Assembly: GCA_002269645.1 (NCBI GenBank)
Contig: NIVC01000587.1
Location: forward strand, 310,001-374,000
DNA from: Macrostomum lignano
Taxonomy: Eukaryota
Length of the DNA stretch: 64,000 nt
Direction: 5' to 3'
In this document: positions 26,211 to 39,790 of the stretch, piece after piece
How positions within the stretch are numbered: position 1 is the stretch's first letter
How the letters are laid out: the number at the start of each line of letters is the position of its first letter
The notes under the pieces: generated by a model
Database searches by the model: none
Told to the model about the DNA's origin: nothing
Seen by the model: the letters and a program-made list of their open reading frames with translations, nothing else
Made by a program: the position numbers and the translations under genes

Positions 26211-26848
26211 CCCAAGCATGTTTCACTACATACTTCATACGCATATACTTCACTAAAGATGCGAGGGACTAATGCTCGCATGCTCGACTAATGTCAGACA
26301 TGTACACACTCTGTACCTTGGAGGTTAGCCTTCAATTGGCGCGAATCGCACAAGCCCCAGGTCAATTTTCTGACACATTTAAACTTGCCAGTCACTAATG
26401 TGGCCACGCACATGGGAATCGAACCTGGGTTTTGACGCTGTCTGCTTGACATTTGTTTGAATTGATTGAATTGTGAGTTTATCTAGACTTTAATACTGCT
26501 AACCGCATGTACCCGAATTTGATACAAAAATGGTACAAGAATTGCATAAATTAAGAGTTAGTTATTGAAGAAACCAATCTTTTCTAAACAAACAAAAAAC
26601 TTTCTTTAAATTTTATGCATTTATTTACACAGAAATTGTTAGCTAGCAGCTCGTTTTTGTTGTTCGATCGAATCTAAATAGAAAGTGAATTTTGTGTTTA
26701 GCTAACTGTTACAACCGGGCGATTAGAAGATAGTTAAATAAAAAAGTCTAGCAATGACAGATGAATGAACTGTGAATGAAAATATGATAACACCAAATTT
26801 TTTCGGGTTAGTCAAATTCACCTAATCGACAGGTGCCGGTGTTCTGCA

Positions 26849-27809
26849 TCACTCGTCAAGGAATTCCTCCAGTAGTTTGTTGAACCTGTCTGGATGCCGA
26901 AGGTGCAAATTGTGCTTGGCGTCCTGCCAAACAACCAGCCGAGACCCGGCAATGTTAGAGTGCAGAAACTTGTGGTGAATCGGGTCCACCTGTAATTTGG
27001 CATTTCCATGCTACCTGAGGTACTGCGTAAAATATAAGAAACTCCGGCCTCCGCCTAGGATTCTTGTCTTACTGCCTTTGTCTAGGCATCCTGCCTAACG
27101 GAACCCATATCACAAGCAGACTAAGAGACGCCAAACTCACCACAGGATCCCCTGCGCCGTGCACAACCAAAGTTGGGACGCGAATTTCTGCCAAGCGTTG
27201 ACTGCAAATGTCGCCCCCATTGGGATAACCTAAATAGGCTTTGCACCATTCTTCCCACAAGCTGCGGAACCGGTCCGGCCCATAGACAGCCTCGAATGGG
27301 CCGCGCATTCTGTCGCTCCACTTGGACAGGTCGCGAATCGCTTCGGTCCGCTTGACGTCTTCGGGCGACACGTAGGAGTTGCAGCCGAACAACACCAGCC
27401 GGTCCACAGTTGACGGGCTGCCGAGCAGAGCTGTCAGCATGGCCGTGTTGCCGCCGTCGGACCAGCCAACTGCCGCGAATGGAGCCAGACCCAGCTGCTT
27501 CATCAGCGACAAAGCGTGCTCAGCATCTGAGTGAAGGAACTCGCCACCTTTTTCTGACCAGTCTCGCTCCGGTGGGCGGCTGTGGCCGTAGCCTGGCGGG
27601 TCCCAGCACACAACAGTGTATTTTTCACGATTCAGGCCCTTCAGCTGAGGCTGAAAATCGGTAGCGCAGCTGCCAAGAGCGCCGGGGAGCAGGAGGACTC
27701 GGCGCGGTCCGGTGCCAACCTGCTCATAGTAGATTGGCCGGCCAAGCACCGTGCAAGTGAGATGACGGCGCAGCTGAATCGCTATTGGCGCTGCAGCCTG
27801 AAGCAACAT
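26849..27809 (-). CDS. BPHL: Alpha/beta-hydrolase, valacyclovir hydrolase/BPHL-like, 2 exons
   Basis: Exon 1 27809-27141 and exon 2 26989-26849 (phase 0). Motifs LLLPGALGS..DFQPQ, WDPPGYGHSRPP, nucleophile GWSDG, acid HGAGDPV, His in KHNLHLR. Confidence 0.9.
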
Positions 27810-30185
27810 CTGGAGTTCGAAAATAAATTGTTTAATTATATCAACTCTACATTATATCAGTTTTAAACATTTCTTTGCATGATCAGAAAAATAAAGTTCG
27901 CTAGATTGAAGTATTGTTCCATGAAGTGGAGTGGGTATCTTGGTAATGAATGCCACTACCATATTCAGAATGTACTGAATATTTATTTATTTCTTTGATG
28001 TGCGTTGCTTAAGAGTGGGTAGCTGAAGTTGATAGTAGAAGCAAAAGTAGAAGCAAAAGTTGATCAATTGGCCAACACTGCATGCACTAGTTCAGGTATT
28101 CGATGGCATGGACATTCAGTAGTACCTAGGTACCTAAACTAGTGCTATCTGGACCCTGGAGTCGGAGAATGACAAGGCAAAGCAACTTGTTACAAGTATG
28201 GACTACAGTGCAGCAGATACAATAATGCACTGTTGTAGCACTGGGTCACAGCCACATAATGAATGTGCACACAGTACACTTGAGAAGAAGTATGCAAAGG
28301 CTGCCCCTGCCTTGATTGTTGCCAGCCACAGTTCAGTATTACTCACTTCCTCAAATGAACGATCTATATGAGGCCCTTCAAGATCCGCAAAGGCACCCCA
28401 AAAAGGGTTCAGACTTCAAATTAAACACAACATTCATAAACAATTTTTCAAAGTTTATCGTTAACAACATCGGCTCTAGTTATCTGTCGCCAAAAGAGCC
28501 CTACTTGTTGCCAAGCCAACTCACAGATGTTTGTACAGCTGAAATAACATTTTATCCCAGTCTCAAGGACTGGTCTCTTACCGGCAGCTCAAGCTTCTGG
28601 TGACCAAGGCTTAATTGCCATTTAAAGGAGCTCCGCTTTGTTGGCAAATTTGTTGACAAAAAATAGCCCAACTATGCGAGTGATGCGACAGGCGCAAAGA
28701 TTTTGATGAACTCTTCAACACTTCTACTGCACATCCAAATGCAGTTTTGGTGGTTCGTAAATGCAAGTGGCAGCGCATTGATGAGGAAGAAGTGGAAGAA
28801 GACTGTGAGGATCAAAATGACGACAATGGTGCCACTGCAATTTCCGTCGTTTTCAAGTGCAAGAAACAGTATATTAGCTCGTAATGACAAAGAAGCAAAT
28901 CCAGAGGAAGTTGACAACAATGATGACAGTGACAACAGTCTCGCGGTGGAAAATCAGTATCAGTCAAAGTCGGTAGGTAGCCTCAAATGGTGATGCATGC
29001 AGTGCCATGGCAAAAAGTGAAAAGGGATGATATCGAATCTGGTATAGCACCAAAGCTATAGCCAGCATTTCCTCCATACCATCAAGTATGATGTGCTGAC
29101 TAAGCTGGGCTTCTATCCAGCTAGGTGGGAATTTGACTTTTTGCCGTGCAACCTGGCCTGGCTCTGCAAGCACACGCCAGTCACCAGGTTCACCTCCATC
29201 TGCCCTGGAATCTGGATTAGCTGCCAAATTGGTTCAACTAATTATCAGAGGATTCATTGCAGCTATATTCTGCTGCTGGTGCAATCATATGGTCTGTTGG
29301 CAAGACAACCAACAGCATCCGTGGCCACATGCTGATACACATTGGTTACATCTGGCACTTCCGCAACACTCTGGTCGTCTACCACTTTACCAGCAATGGC
29401 CACAGTCTGGCAGGCTTTGCTTTCACTGGCATGTGGACTCAGGACGGCTCAGGACCAAAGGCCAAAGACAGTGTCAGTGCCAAGAAGCCAAGCTGATCAA
29501 TGTCTTGACAACCTAATTCTTGGATAGTGCAAAACAAGCTGGCTAGCATGCTGCACAATCGGCCATCTCGCTGATTTTGCTTCATTGTGTGACTCCAATG
29601 CCCTGGTTGACATGGTGAGGGACTGGCTAGAACAACACTGAGGCCCTGGTGCTGCCTGCCTACACCAAGGGCAGCATCCCCCGGAGCTGCTCTGCCATAG
29701 CCAGCTCAAACATGCCAATTAGTTTGATATTATTTTTGCTCCTTTTACCAGTACTTAATGATTTTTTTGCTGCTCTGCTATTGTGTGCACTTTTTTGTTG
29801 ACTCTGACCCCATGTGTGTTGCACTGGAACTCTTTCTATGCAACATTTCTCTGCTCAGGGTTTGTAAGATGTGTGTACTATTGTATTCTACTTTAAGCCA
29901 TCAATTTATACTTCTTTGAGTCCCTGACTTCTATTGTACATGTACTTGGCTTGCATACTGTTTTATGTACTTACAATATTTTATTTCTTTCTCTTCTTAT
30001 TGACTTTTCCTTCCTGGCATTATTGCCTTTAAATATTGATAGCAACATGCGCGAGAAAACTTTACTCTACTTGCCTTAATGAAAAATTTACCAAATTAAC
30101 TTTCATGTGTCCTTTCACTGTGTCAATGCTTGAAATTGGGGTGCCCTCTTTTCTCCCTCTCATTTTTTCTCTCTCCTCTTTGCCT

Positions 30186-31010
30186 CTAGCTTGTCCAGTT
30201 GTTGCTAAGCGCCCACGACAGTTGAGGACAGCAGGGCGAGATCGTCGGCATAGCCAGGCCCACTCGGCCGCCTTTCCAGTTGACGTCGACTCACGCGTTG
30301 CCGCAACAGAAAGCCGCCGTTGTTGGTAGGAAGAGTTGTCTGCAGCACTCAGTCAAGCACCAGAACGAACAGGAACGGCGCAAGTGTATCTCCCTGAAGC
30401 ACCCCGAAGGATGTGTCAAAGAAGTCCGATAGGCCGTCCGGTGTTGAAACAGCAGCTTTCGTATCACGGTACATAGACATGATGGTGGAAATCAGCTGCT
30501 CTGGCACGTTGTTGTACGCACGGAGCACCTTTGGGAGCGCAGACCTGACGACCGAGTCGAATGCCTTCTTGAAATCTATGAAGATAACAATCAGGATCGA
30601 CTGGCGTATCTGTGCTTCCTCGATGACTTTCCAAAGAGCCAGGATCTGCATCACTGGACAAGCTAGTTACTGTTGCGGCGAGTGTCGGCCTGGTGGTCAA
30701 CACGCAGAAGACTGTTGTGCTCTGCGTGCCAGACGACATCGAGGCTGCAATTTTGTGCCAAGTCGCTGATGGACAGGCAACAGAGCTTCCGCATTGTCAG
30801 CAGTTCGTCTACCTCGGCGGTCTGGTTCCTGGCATACACGAGGATTTGCGGCGTCACCATTCTGTGAGGGCAGTCCTGCAGTCCGAGGCCTTACCTGACC
30901 GCCAGAGGGCAGCATTGTTCTAGGCAGTGATTGAGACCATCCTGCTGTACAACGCCGAAACCTGGACGCTGACAGAGTGCTCAAGCAACAAGTTGACGTG
31001 GCACACGCCG
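30186..31010. mobile_element. RTE-like non-LTR retrotransposon RT fragment with inverted 5' segment, decayed
   Basis: Minus strand 30654-30186: FIDFKKAFDSV..GVLQGDTLAPFLF..YADDLALL..QQLDKL. Plus strand 30654-31010 continues LDKLVTVAASVGLVVN..FVYLGG..ETILLYNAETWTLT. In-frame stops are present. Confidence 0.88.
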
Positions 31011-32048
31011 CGTGATGCTAACTGCGTATTCTGTTATTGTTTGTCTCTACTCTCTTATCTCTTTTCTCTCCCTCTTCTTACTCCTCTATACTTTCTCATC
31101 ATTCTTCTTTTCTTGCTCCTTTCTACTCTTGTCTTTCTTCTTTGTTATCTCCTCTCTACTCTTATCTCTCCTTTCTCCTCTCTTTTCTCTCCTCTGGCCT
31201 TTTTTGACATTTGCCAATATATTTATTGCTACCTTCCTTATCCTCTTTCCTTAAATAGACTGTAGATTATATTTTTTGACTAAAGTGTGGTAAGTGTCAT
31301 AGCTATTCTAGTATCTATAGCCTACCATTCACAGAAAGCAAAAAAGTTATTCAAGAATACTGTACATTTCTAGTTATACTCAGCCTTATTGCCTGACTGT
31401 TGGTCTGGAGAAATGAGTAGGTAAGTGGCATAAATACTAGGAAAACAGTCAAACTTTATATGCTTTTTAATTATAGTTAAAAATTATATTTAGATAGAAA
31501 AAAGTCAATAAATAATTGTGTCAAGTTTAAAGTAAATTGTTTTATATAGATCAAACTTATAGCAACCAAAAGTTAGTCAATTTTAAACCTTTTTTATACT
31601 TAGGCCAGATAAATAGAGAGGCAAACAATAAAGGTTAGCGTAATTGTCTTTACAAGTGGATACAAAATTTGCTATAATTTGGTTATACAGTTTAGAAGTC
31701 TATAAGCCTAGCAAAAAATCAATAGCTATATAAATAGAAGATAGCTATAGCCTATATTTAAACTAAGCCTAGCCTACTACATCAATAACTCATTAAGTTA
31801 AATTGTTTAGCTACCTTTTGAAGAAAAAATTTATGAATATGAATATTAAATCATTGTAATAGTTTTTAGAATATTAGGTTTTTCTAAAAGGCATATTATT
31901 TTTAAAGCTATTTTTTAAGATAATATTATACATTTTAATATTTAATTTCTGGCACATATTTGGACAAATTTTCAAATTGATATTAAAGTTGTAAATAATT
32001 TAGAGATAGTGCAGAAATCCTATGACAAAAAAATTGGATATACTATTG

Positions 32049-33223
32049 CAGTGTTGGGCACTTCCGTTACCGAGTAACTTGTAAATGGTAACGCAAGTTA
32101 CTTTTTCGTAAAGCGTTCCTTACGCAAGTTACTTTCCTATTTTGGTAACGGAGTAACGGTAAGTTACTCAAATTTCGGAAGTCCGTTACAGTTACTTTGC
32201 AACAATCGCAATATTTAAATTTAAAACTGATATGCTTAGCTATTACGCCAGTTGTCACATTTTTAGCATTTTTCATTCTTAAATTCAAAACTAAGTGAAT
32301 AATATCATACGGTATTACGCTGTAATTAATAAAGAAATACTTGAAACATGTTTTTACTTTGTTATTTTCGGTAAAATATTTTTGCTTTTCGTTTTTAAGT
32401 TAATAAAAATATTTTGTTTAGTTCTTAGAAACAAACAACCAAAGAAAGAAATTCATCTGTAGTCTCCACAAATCCACTCAGTGATCGACGTAGCCAGGAA
32501 TTTTAATTGGGGGGGGGGGGGGGTTGGCCTGGCTGGCCATGCCTCATGCACCCGCCACGCCCAACCCCACCCCCCCCTGGTGGGGTGTCTTGCAGGTGGG
32601 GTGAAGTTGCCGCCCCAACGATTGTTAAGGCGGCCTCCCTGGCTACACCACTAAAGTCCACTGGCACTGCACTGCACTGCACAATAATTTAATATTAATG
32701 AATTGAAAAATAATTGAAAAAATTGAAAAAAATTTCAAATAATTGAAAATAAAAAGACTAGTAAAGCAGACTGTAGAGTGGAGTAAAGCCAGGTACTTAT
32801 TACGAGCGATGTATTATCAAGGACAACTGAAGTTACGTTAAGTTGTCCTTGTGTATTATAACTTATAATGTTATTAAAAATTAAATTGCGTTTTGCCTTT
32901 AACGTTTCTGACCTTCAGCTTCTCTTCTTTTTACGGAAAGGGCCTAAAGTGATTAAAATTTAATACAGTTACTGAAATTAATTTTGTTGTATTTTTCCTT
33001 CTGGCTTTCGCGATCATTTGTGCTGTTCCAGCACATTTGCAATGTTAAAAAAGCAGAAAATTTTGTTTATAACATAGGTAACGGAAGTAAGTAACGGAAG
33101 TAACTTAAAAGTTACCGGGTTTTTGTTCAAAGTTACTAGGCTAACGTAAGTTACTTTTTAAAAAGTGGTAACTTAAGTTACAGTAACGCAAGTTACTTTT
33201 TTTGAGTAACTTGCCCAACACTG
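32049..33223. mobile_element. Non-autonomous hAT element (1175 bp)
   Basis: TIR CAGTGTTGGGCA / TGCCCAACACTG; perfect 8-bp TSD TACTATTG (32041-32048, 33224-33231); many subterminal GTAAC/GTTAC motifs at both ends. Confidence 0.92.
32479..32653. mobile_element. G/C-run MITE nested in the hAT element
   Basis: ..CGTAGCCAGG / CCTGGCTACACCACTA ends; flanks AAATCCAC / AAGTCCAC (7/8 match); same layout as the 21933 MITE. Confidence 0.55.
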
Positions 33224-33248
33224 TACTATTGTCATTGAATGTTGAGCC

Positions 33249-36200
33249 CACAGACCAATAAGTATAACTAGACTGCGCATCTAGCATTGCTTGCCTGGGC
33301 TTGTTTTTTGACAAAATGACAAAGCAAAAAATGGTCCTCTCTACCCCAGCCCAAAACGATTGATATTTTTGGCTTGGGGAAGACTGGCCCTTCTTTAGCT
33401 GTCTGCACTTTGCCCTTTTTTAAATTAACATGTATATTAATGCGGCTTGGGGACCACAATAACAATGCTATACTAACTTCAAACAGCTAAGCAAAGTTAT
33501 TAAAAAATTAATAATTTCTTAAAAACGAAGTGGAAGAACAACCTGAATCTTTTTTTTAAATTTCCGAGGAAAAGAAAAGGAAATTACGGCAGCTTTTGCT
33601 GCACTGCTGGCTGCTCGAACAACTCAGCAATGTCTTTGGTGGGAGTGTCCTTTTATACTTTTCCAAAAGACAAGGAAATGAGGAAAAAGTGGCTGATAGC
33701 ATTGAGAAAAAATATTTTGAGCCATCGCCATCCACGCAAGTCTGCTCAATGCATTTTGAGGAATCTTGCTTTAAAGAGCAATTTGCAGGCTTTTTGCCTA
33801 GCGTCAAAAGACAGCTATATCCAAATGTCATTCCTTCTATCTTCCCAACGTTCCCTGACCATCTGCAGCCAAAAGCTGAGAAGAAATGGAAGACTGCCAC
33901 TGCAGCCGCAGCTCACAAAGTTGATTTCGCTGCATTTTGTAAATCAATAGAGAGCAGTGAGCCGGAAGCTCCAGTGGCTGCCAAGGAAGATGAAGATCCT
34001 GGACCGGACATCCATGTTAACTGCGTGCCCAGAGAAGAATTCAACAAGAAGGTAAGAGCACTTTAAAATCTTTGGCGCAGATACAGAAGGCTTCTATCTA
34101 CTCATAGCTGGTTCAAGAAAAGTGCAAAGGCTGTTGAAATCTTAAGGCGGTTGCTCCATAACAAGTACCGCAAAATTTGATCAGTGCGCTCAAAGCATAG
34201 GCAAATTAAACAAAGAGCCAAGACCCTGAAAGATGTGATTCGAGAGTTAAGGGCGTGTTAACTGCGTGCCCAGAGAAGAATTCAACAAGAAGGTAAGAGC
34301 ACTTAAAAATCTTTGGCGCAGATACAGAAGGCTTCTATCTACTCATAGCTGGTTCAAGAAAAGTGCAAAGGCTGTTGAAATCTTAAGGCGGTTGCTCCAT
34401 AACAAGTACCGCAAAATTTGATCAGTGCGCTCAAAGCATAGGCAAATTAAACAAAGAGCCAAGACCCTGAAAGATGTGATTCGAGAGTTAAGGGCCAAAT
34501 GTGTTTTGAATGAAGCTGCTGAATCTCGGCTGAACTTCTTGATTTCCGATTCACTGCTTAGCAGCATTTTGCCAAGCAAGATTACTAAGAGGACAAGAAT
34601 ATTCTCCCACGAAGTGCAGAAATTCGCCTCCATATTGCACTTTCACAGCCCGAAGGCCTATGCGTATATGAGACAGTACTTTCAGCTTCCGCATCTAGCT
34701 TTGCTTTGAAGATGGCTCTCAAATGCGAAATGCTTTCCAGGATTTTGTGACCAAGCCTTTCAACAACTTTCTTGGTGACGCAGCTCCAATGATGACCAAT
34801 CCTTTGACTACTGCAATGTTTTAGTCACTGGAATGTCAGTGAAATGTCACTGGAAGTGATGGTTGAGTGGAATTCAAATGAAGGCAGGTTCTTTGGCTAT
34901 GTTGACAAAGGCAATGGTAAGTCAACTGATCAGGATGCAACTTCAGCATTGGTAGTGATGGCAGTGGGTCTCAAGAGCTATTGGAAGCTACCTTTAGAAT
35001 ATTTTCTAGTGAGCAGAGTTGATGGCGAATTTCTTTTAAGTGTTGTAGAGGAATCAATCCAGCGGCTCTACCAAGTTGGCGTTATTGCCTCATCATTTAC
35101 ATGCGATGGCACTCAGAACAATATTCAAGCAATCAAGCTTCTTGGTGCCAGAATAAGCTCTCCCAATGAGATAGTTGCCTTTTTCCCACACCCCTATGAT
35201 CCTAGCATTCAGGTTTTAGCCTTCTTGGATGTGCCGCACATGTTGAAGCTGATTCAAAACCAGTGGCAGTCCCTGGGAACATTTGTTTGGACAGACAAAG
35301 GAAATATTGATTCAAAATATGTGTGCATGTTGTAGCAAGTACAGGAGAGCCATGGACACAGACTGGGCAATAAGCTGAGCAGGCATCACATTAACTTTGC
35401 TAATTTAAAGATGAAAGTTTATTTGGCGTCACAACTTTTTAGTAAGTCGGTGGCTGACTCATTACGACAGGTGCACAAGCAAGGCTTGGTAGGATTTGAT
35501 CATTCCAATGTATTAGTGACAGCAGATTTTATTGAGCACATGAATGATCTGTTCAATGCGTTCAACTCGAAGCGACTGGTAAATTATGGGGCTAAAATGG
35601 CCCTAAGAGCTGACAACCAGTCTGACTGGATTGACTTCTTCACTGACTCGATCCAGCTTCTCAAGAGCTTAGAAACTCCAGCTAGATGCAAAATTGTTGA
35701 CACTGCAAAGAAGACAGGATTTTTAGGCTTCATCACCAATTGCCATGCCATTATTGCACTTGCCAAGTATTTATTTTCAACTGGCTAATTATTTTTTTCT
35801 TTGCACTTACAAGCTATCTCAGGACTTTCTAGAACTATTCTTTAATGCAGTCAGGCTTCAAAATGGCTGGAACCACAACTTGATACCAAAGCAGTTTTGC
35901 TCAGCATTTAGGCAGCTGCTGGTGCATGCTGGAGATGGGATTCTCCAGTCTGTCAGCCCGAATGTGAAGCAGCAGGATGCCACCATTCAACTGTCCTTGT
36001 CATGCCTACCATCATAAGCTGAATCAGCACAGAAGCAGTGGAAGATGAAAGTTTAGAATGATATGGGACTGAGTCTTGAATCCATCTGAAGTGAAACAAA
36101 GGCGCCGTTAGCAAGAGTATGGGAGAAATCAGCCGACACGCGCGTGATGCGTGAACAAGCATCCAGCCTTGGTAGCAACTCCCTAGATGCACAAGATCTG

Positions 36201-37379
36201 CATGCCTAAAAATAGTCCTGATGATCGGTGAGCAAGAAGCCCAGCCATGCGACCCTCACGTGATGCATGCACAACCTCTGACCGACACTGCCTATTGGGC
36301 CTCGAAATCCCACTCTCTCTCCCTACTGCTCCTATTCCTCGTTGCTCGCGTACAGTGTGCTAGCTTTTAAAATATACTGATTGAAGAGGAAAGATCCTCG
36401 CCTGAAGTTTGAGAATGTGACTCTAGAGATCACACAGAGAAAGTTACCATCGAGGTCCATTGTTCGTTGTCTTCCTGAACTGTTGGCAGAAGGAAACGAT
36501 AATATGGGAAAAACCCATATAATTTTTTGTTTCACATCTAGCATTGTATGAATGCATCTAATTGTGAGATTTGCCAGTCTATTGTGTACTATATTGCCAG
36601 AGCAATTGTGCAAAGCATGTTGAAAGTTGTCAAATGTGCTCCATGCAAGTCAGCTTTGACTGGCGGCTTGATTTTTCCTAGCAGCGATGTCTTCTGTGTG
36701 CTACTCAGTACTGAGTCTGTTATTCGACGTGTCAACTATAATAGCCAATTCTCCAGTGACGTAGCAGTTCACGAGACTACGCATGTTGAGCAATCTGTTC
36801 CTTGAGCTTGACTCACATTTAGCATCTGCAAGCAGCGGCATTGAGTCGCACAAGCTCCATTTAATTCAAGTCATGGCTGAGCTCTTTATAAAGATCAGAA
36901 TGAAAAAACTAGCTAAAGAACTTTCTTGCGCAGGAAGAAGACTAGGAAGGAGGCAGAGACTACTTTGAGCAGCAATATTTCTTAATCTATAGGCCTAGTA
37001 TATTTGAAACCAGGTGAGCTATTTATTTACTTTTATTACTGCTTCTATGCTATCAGCAACAACAAAAAGGTCTCATTTTGTCTGCAAGTGTTTTTGTATG
37101 GTTTTTTAGTTTTTAATAAATAAAAAAATAATATTAGATTTAAACTGTTAAATTGCTAGTTGCACATAAAGTTGGTTAAATGGTTAGCAATCCATGTTCC
37201 ATGGCAAAAGGCAACAATTAATTCAGCGGGCCCAATGACAAAGGTAGGAAGAGAAAGGAAGCCAAAAATTGTGAGGGGGTAGGACTGTGGGAGCTGGGAT
37301 GCCATTTTTCCTACTTGGAAAGAGGCACACATTTGTTGCCCCACATGCGCAGTTTAGTTATTATACTTATTGGTCTATG
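33249..37379 (+). mobile_element. Full-length decayed P-element (THAP9-like) DNA transposon, 4131 bp
   Basis: TIR CACAGACCAATAAGTATA..CTGCGCAT / ATGCGCAG..TATACTTATTGGTCTATG; perfect 8-bp TSD GTTGAGCC (33241-33248, 37380-37387). Confidence 0.93.
33580..36968 (+). pseudogene. P-element transposase pseudogene (THAP zinc finger plus RNase H core)
   Basis: THAP CCTAGCSN..FYTFPKD..KKW..VCSMHF..NVIPSIF. Core SPKAYAYMR..LPH, GLKSYWKLPL, TCDG, FLDVPHMLKL, MKVYLASQLFS, KLSQDFLELFFNAVR. Multiple stops and frameshifts plus a ~241-bp internal tandem duplication (34016/34257). Confidence 0.9.
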
Positions 37380-37579
37380 GTTGAGCCACTACTATATAAA
37401 AATATTTTTATAGAATTGAAACATAATAGTTTTTTAGAAATTTAAAGTTATGAGTAGGCCTACAATGCCCTACATTTTGAATTAGTAAATTTGTACAAAA
37501 ATGCTTTTTTCCTAGCATACCTAACCCAGTAGCATATAGAGTATAAAATATAGCATATAGGCCTGGCATAGCATATAAA

Positions 37580-37710
37580 AATATTGGGCAATCTTCAAGT
37601 TTCGTTCGTTTAATTATTTCCGGAATTATTTCGCCCTCTATTCAAGGGTGGTGGGGGGGGGGGGTGGGTGTTGGAATTAAACGAACGAAACTTGAAGATA
37701 CCCAAATATT
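37580..37710. mobile_element. Short foldback/MITE with 25-bp perfect inverted repeat
   Basis: ATCTTCAAGTTTCGTTCGTTTAATT (37591-37615) pairs with 37675-37699, with imperfect extension to AATATT ends. Confidence 0.7.
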
Positions 37711-38151
37711 GTATTGTAGGATAGCTTCTGCCTTCTAACACATCTTGCATGATCTTGACAGACTTTTTGCCCTAGGTAGTTTTATCAAAAGTAGTCTTGG
37801 CAAAGAGTAGGCCTAGCTTTGGCAAATAGATGATAGATAGGCCTATAATATTACAGTATTTTATTTTATCAATAGTTAACAAACAATGTTTGAGTTGAAT
37901 GGCGGGACAGCTGACATTGTATTTGAAATGCAAAAGCATATGCATTTGTTGCGTCACCCGTGTCAGCAGTTTATACGCGAATTCAGCACAATTTTAGGTA
38001 CGACTAGCAATCTTCGCCCCCCGTTGGGGGACATCTGTATAGAATCTCTGTTCTCTACAAGTAACAAAAAGATAGCGAAATAAAGCCTTCACAAAGAAAA
38101 CAGACAAAATACTCAAATGAAGTGCAATGCAAAAAGAAATCATCGCAAGAC

Positions 38152-38250
38152 AGCAAGCATCCCCCACATAGCAAGCATCCCCCAGATTGCAAGCATCCCC
38201 CGAATAGCAAGCATCCCCCAGATAGCAAGCATCCCCCAGATAGCAAGAAT
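38152..38250. repeat. 18-bp subterminal tandem repeat of the Helitron (AGCAAGCATCCCCCAGAT)n
   Basis: About 5 copies ~150 bp inside the 3' terminus. Confidence 0.85.
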
Positions 38251-39654
38251 AAGCCGAATAAGCAAGGGACAAATTGAAACGGTTTTCCTAAATTTTTCTA
38301 TTGTTACATATTAAATATGTTTGTACTCACAAAAGTATTGCTATTATCTCTGCGATTCTTGGTTGCTATTATTTCTTTGTGATTTTTATTAGAATTATAT
38401 AGCATAAAAATTACGCATTTCATGCACATTTGTACAAAGCAATGTAACATCCGTAAGAATGCAGTATTAGTATTTAAACAAAGATAAATAGACTTGCCAC
38501 ACAGAAAGTAAGGTTTATCTGTGAAGAAATAAAAATGATAAGTTAAGGCATTTTTAAACAGTAACCTAGAGATTAGTCATTATTTACATACACATTGGTT
38601 GATGACAACTCGCACTGAAATTAATTTGAGCCGAAAATTGTTGTTTTTATAATAATGCCCTACTATGACCATACATACAGAATAAACTGCATGACGCGTA
38701 CTAAAACGAACAATATTTGTACTGCAGTGGTCCTTAAAACAGATTTTATGAAAAGTTACAATGGCAAGAACAAATAGATGTTGCTTCTTGAATCTTGATT
38801 TAATACATATACATAAAAATCTTCAAAGTGTCTTTCACTTTACATATCAAATCTCCATTTTAAGTCAAGTTAATAATGGATAAGCCTAGTAGCTAAATTC
38901 AGTGGTGACTGCAAATCGTACGAAAACTGATATCAGTAATGAAGGACTTAAAAGGGCCTCGATTATTTCTCACTGTTGACTGTTATCTTTTATTGGTTTT
39001 ATAATTTCAAAAATGTGCAGCAGCAAAAGAATATTAATTGGTGTATTTTTATGGGAATATTATCCATTCAACAGCTCAATTTGACTTTATTGAATACATA
39101 CTCATATCAACTATGCTGCTTTACTAATACATTGTTAAACAGTACCACCAAAATGTTGAATTCGTCCATTTTCTCTGCCCTTATTTCATTGATTATTCTA
39201 CTTATAGATTATATTTTCCATAAAAAATACATACACCAAAATTTAAAGTCTTTATGCGATAATTAAGCTATCGCAGTCCATTCCTGCGAATACCAATAAA
39301 AGTGACTTCCAAAGTTATTACTTATTAGTAGTGTCCGAATCAGAATAAACTATTAACACAAAAAATGCATGAGAAACAAAAAGTAAATTTCGGCAGTTTT
39401 TTATATATTATTATAGTAAATGTATAGTTTTGGCCAATAAATAAATAGAATTCTTGTGAACGAAGGCCGAAATGAAGAGTGAATTTCGTTAAATGACATT
39501 CACCAACAAGACAACTCCGAAAATTTAGCACAATATTTCTTTGCACACATGCCTTGTATGATTTTCTTGCAAAAGGCTTACCAACAAGATAGCCCATTGC
39601 ACAATTTATATACATTTAATTATTTTGGTGATTTATTACATTTAATTATCTGTT

Positions 39655-39790
39655 TTGACATGTTTATGTTTGACGCGGTGGCTGTTTTATGTACGACATG
39701 GTGGCTCTTTAGTGTTTGACATGGCGGCTCTTTTATGTTTTACATGGTGCCTCTTTAATGTATGACATTGTGGCTCCTTTTGTTTGAAGA
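39655..39790. repeat. Degenerate ~29-bp tandem repeat (TGTTTGACATGGYGGCTCTTT..)
   Basis: 4-5 diverged copies. Confidence 0.65.
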
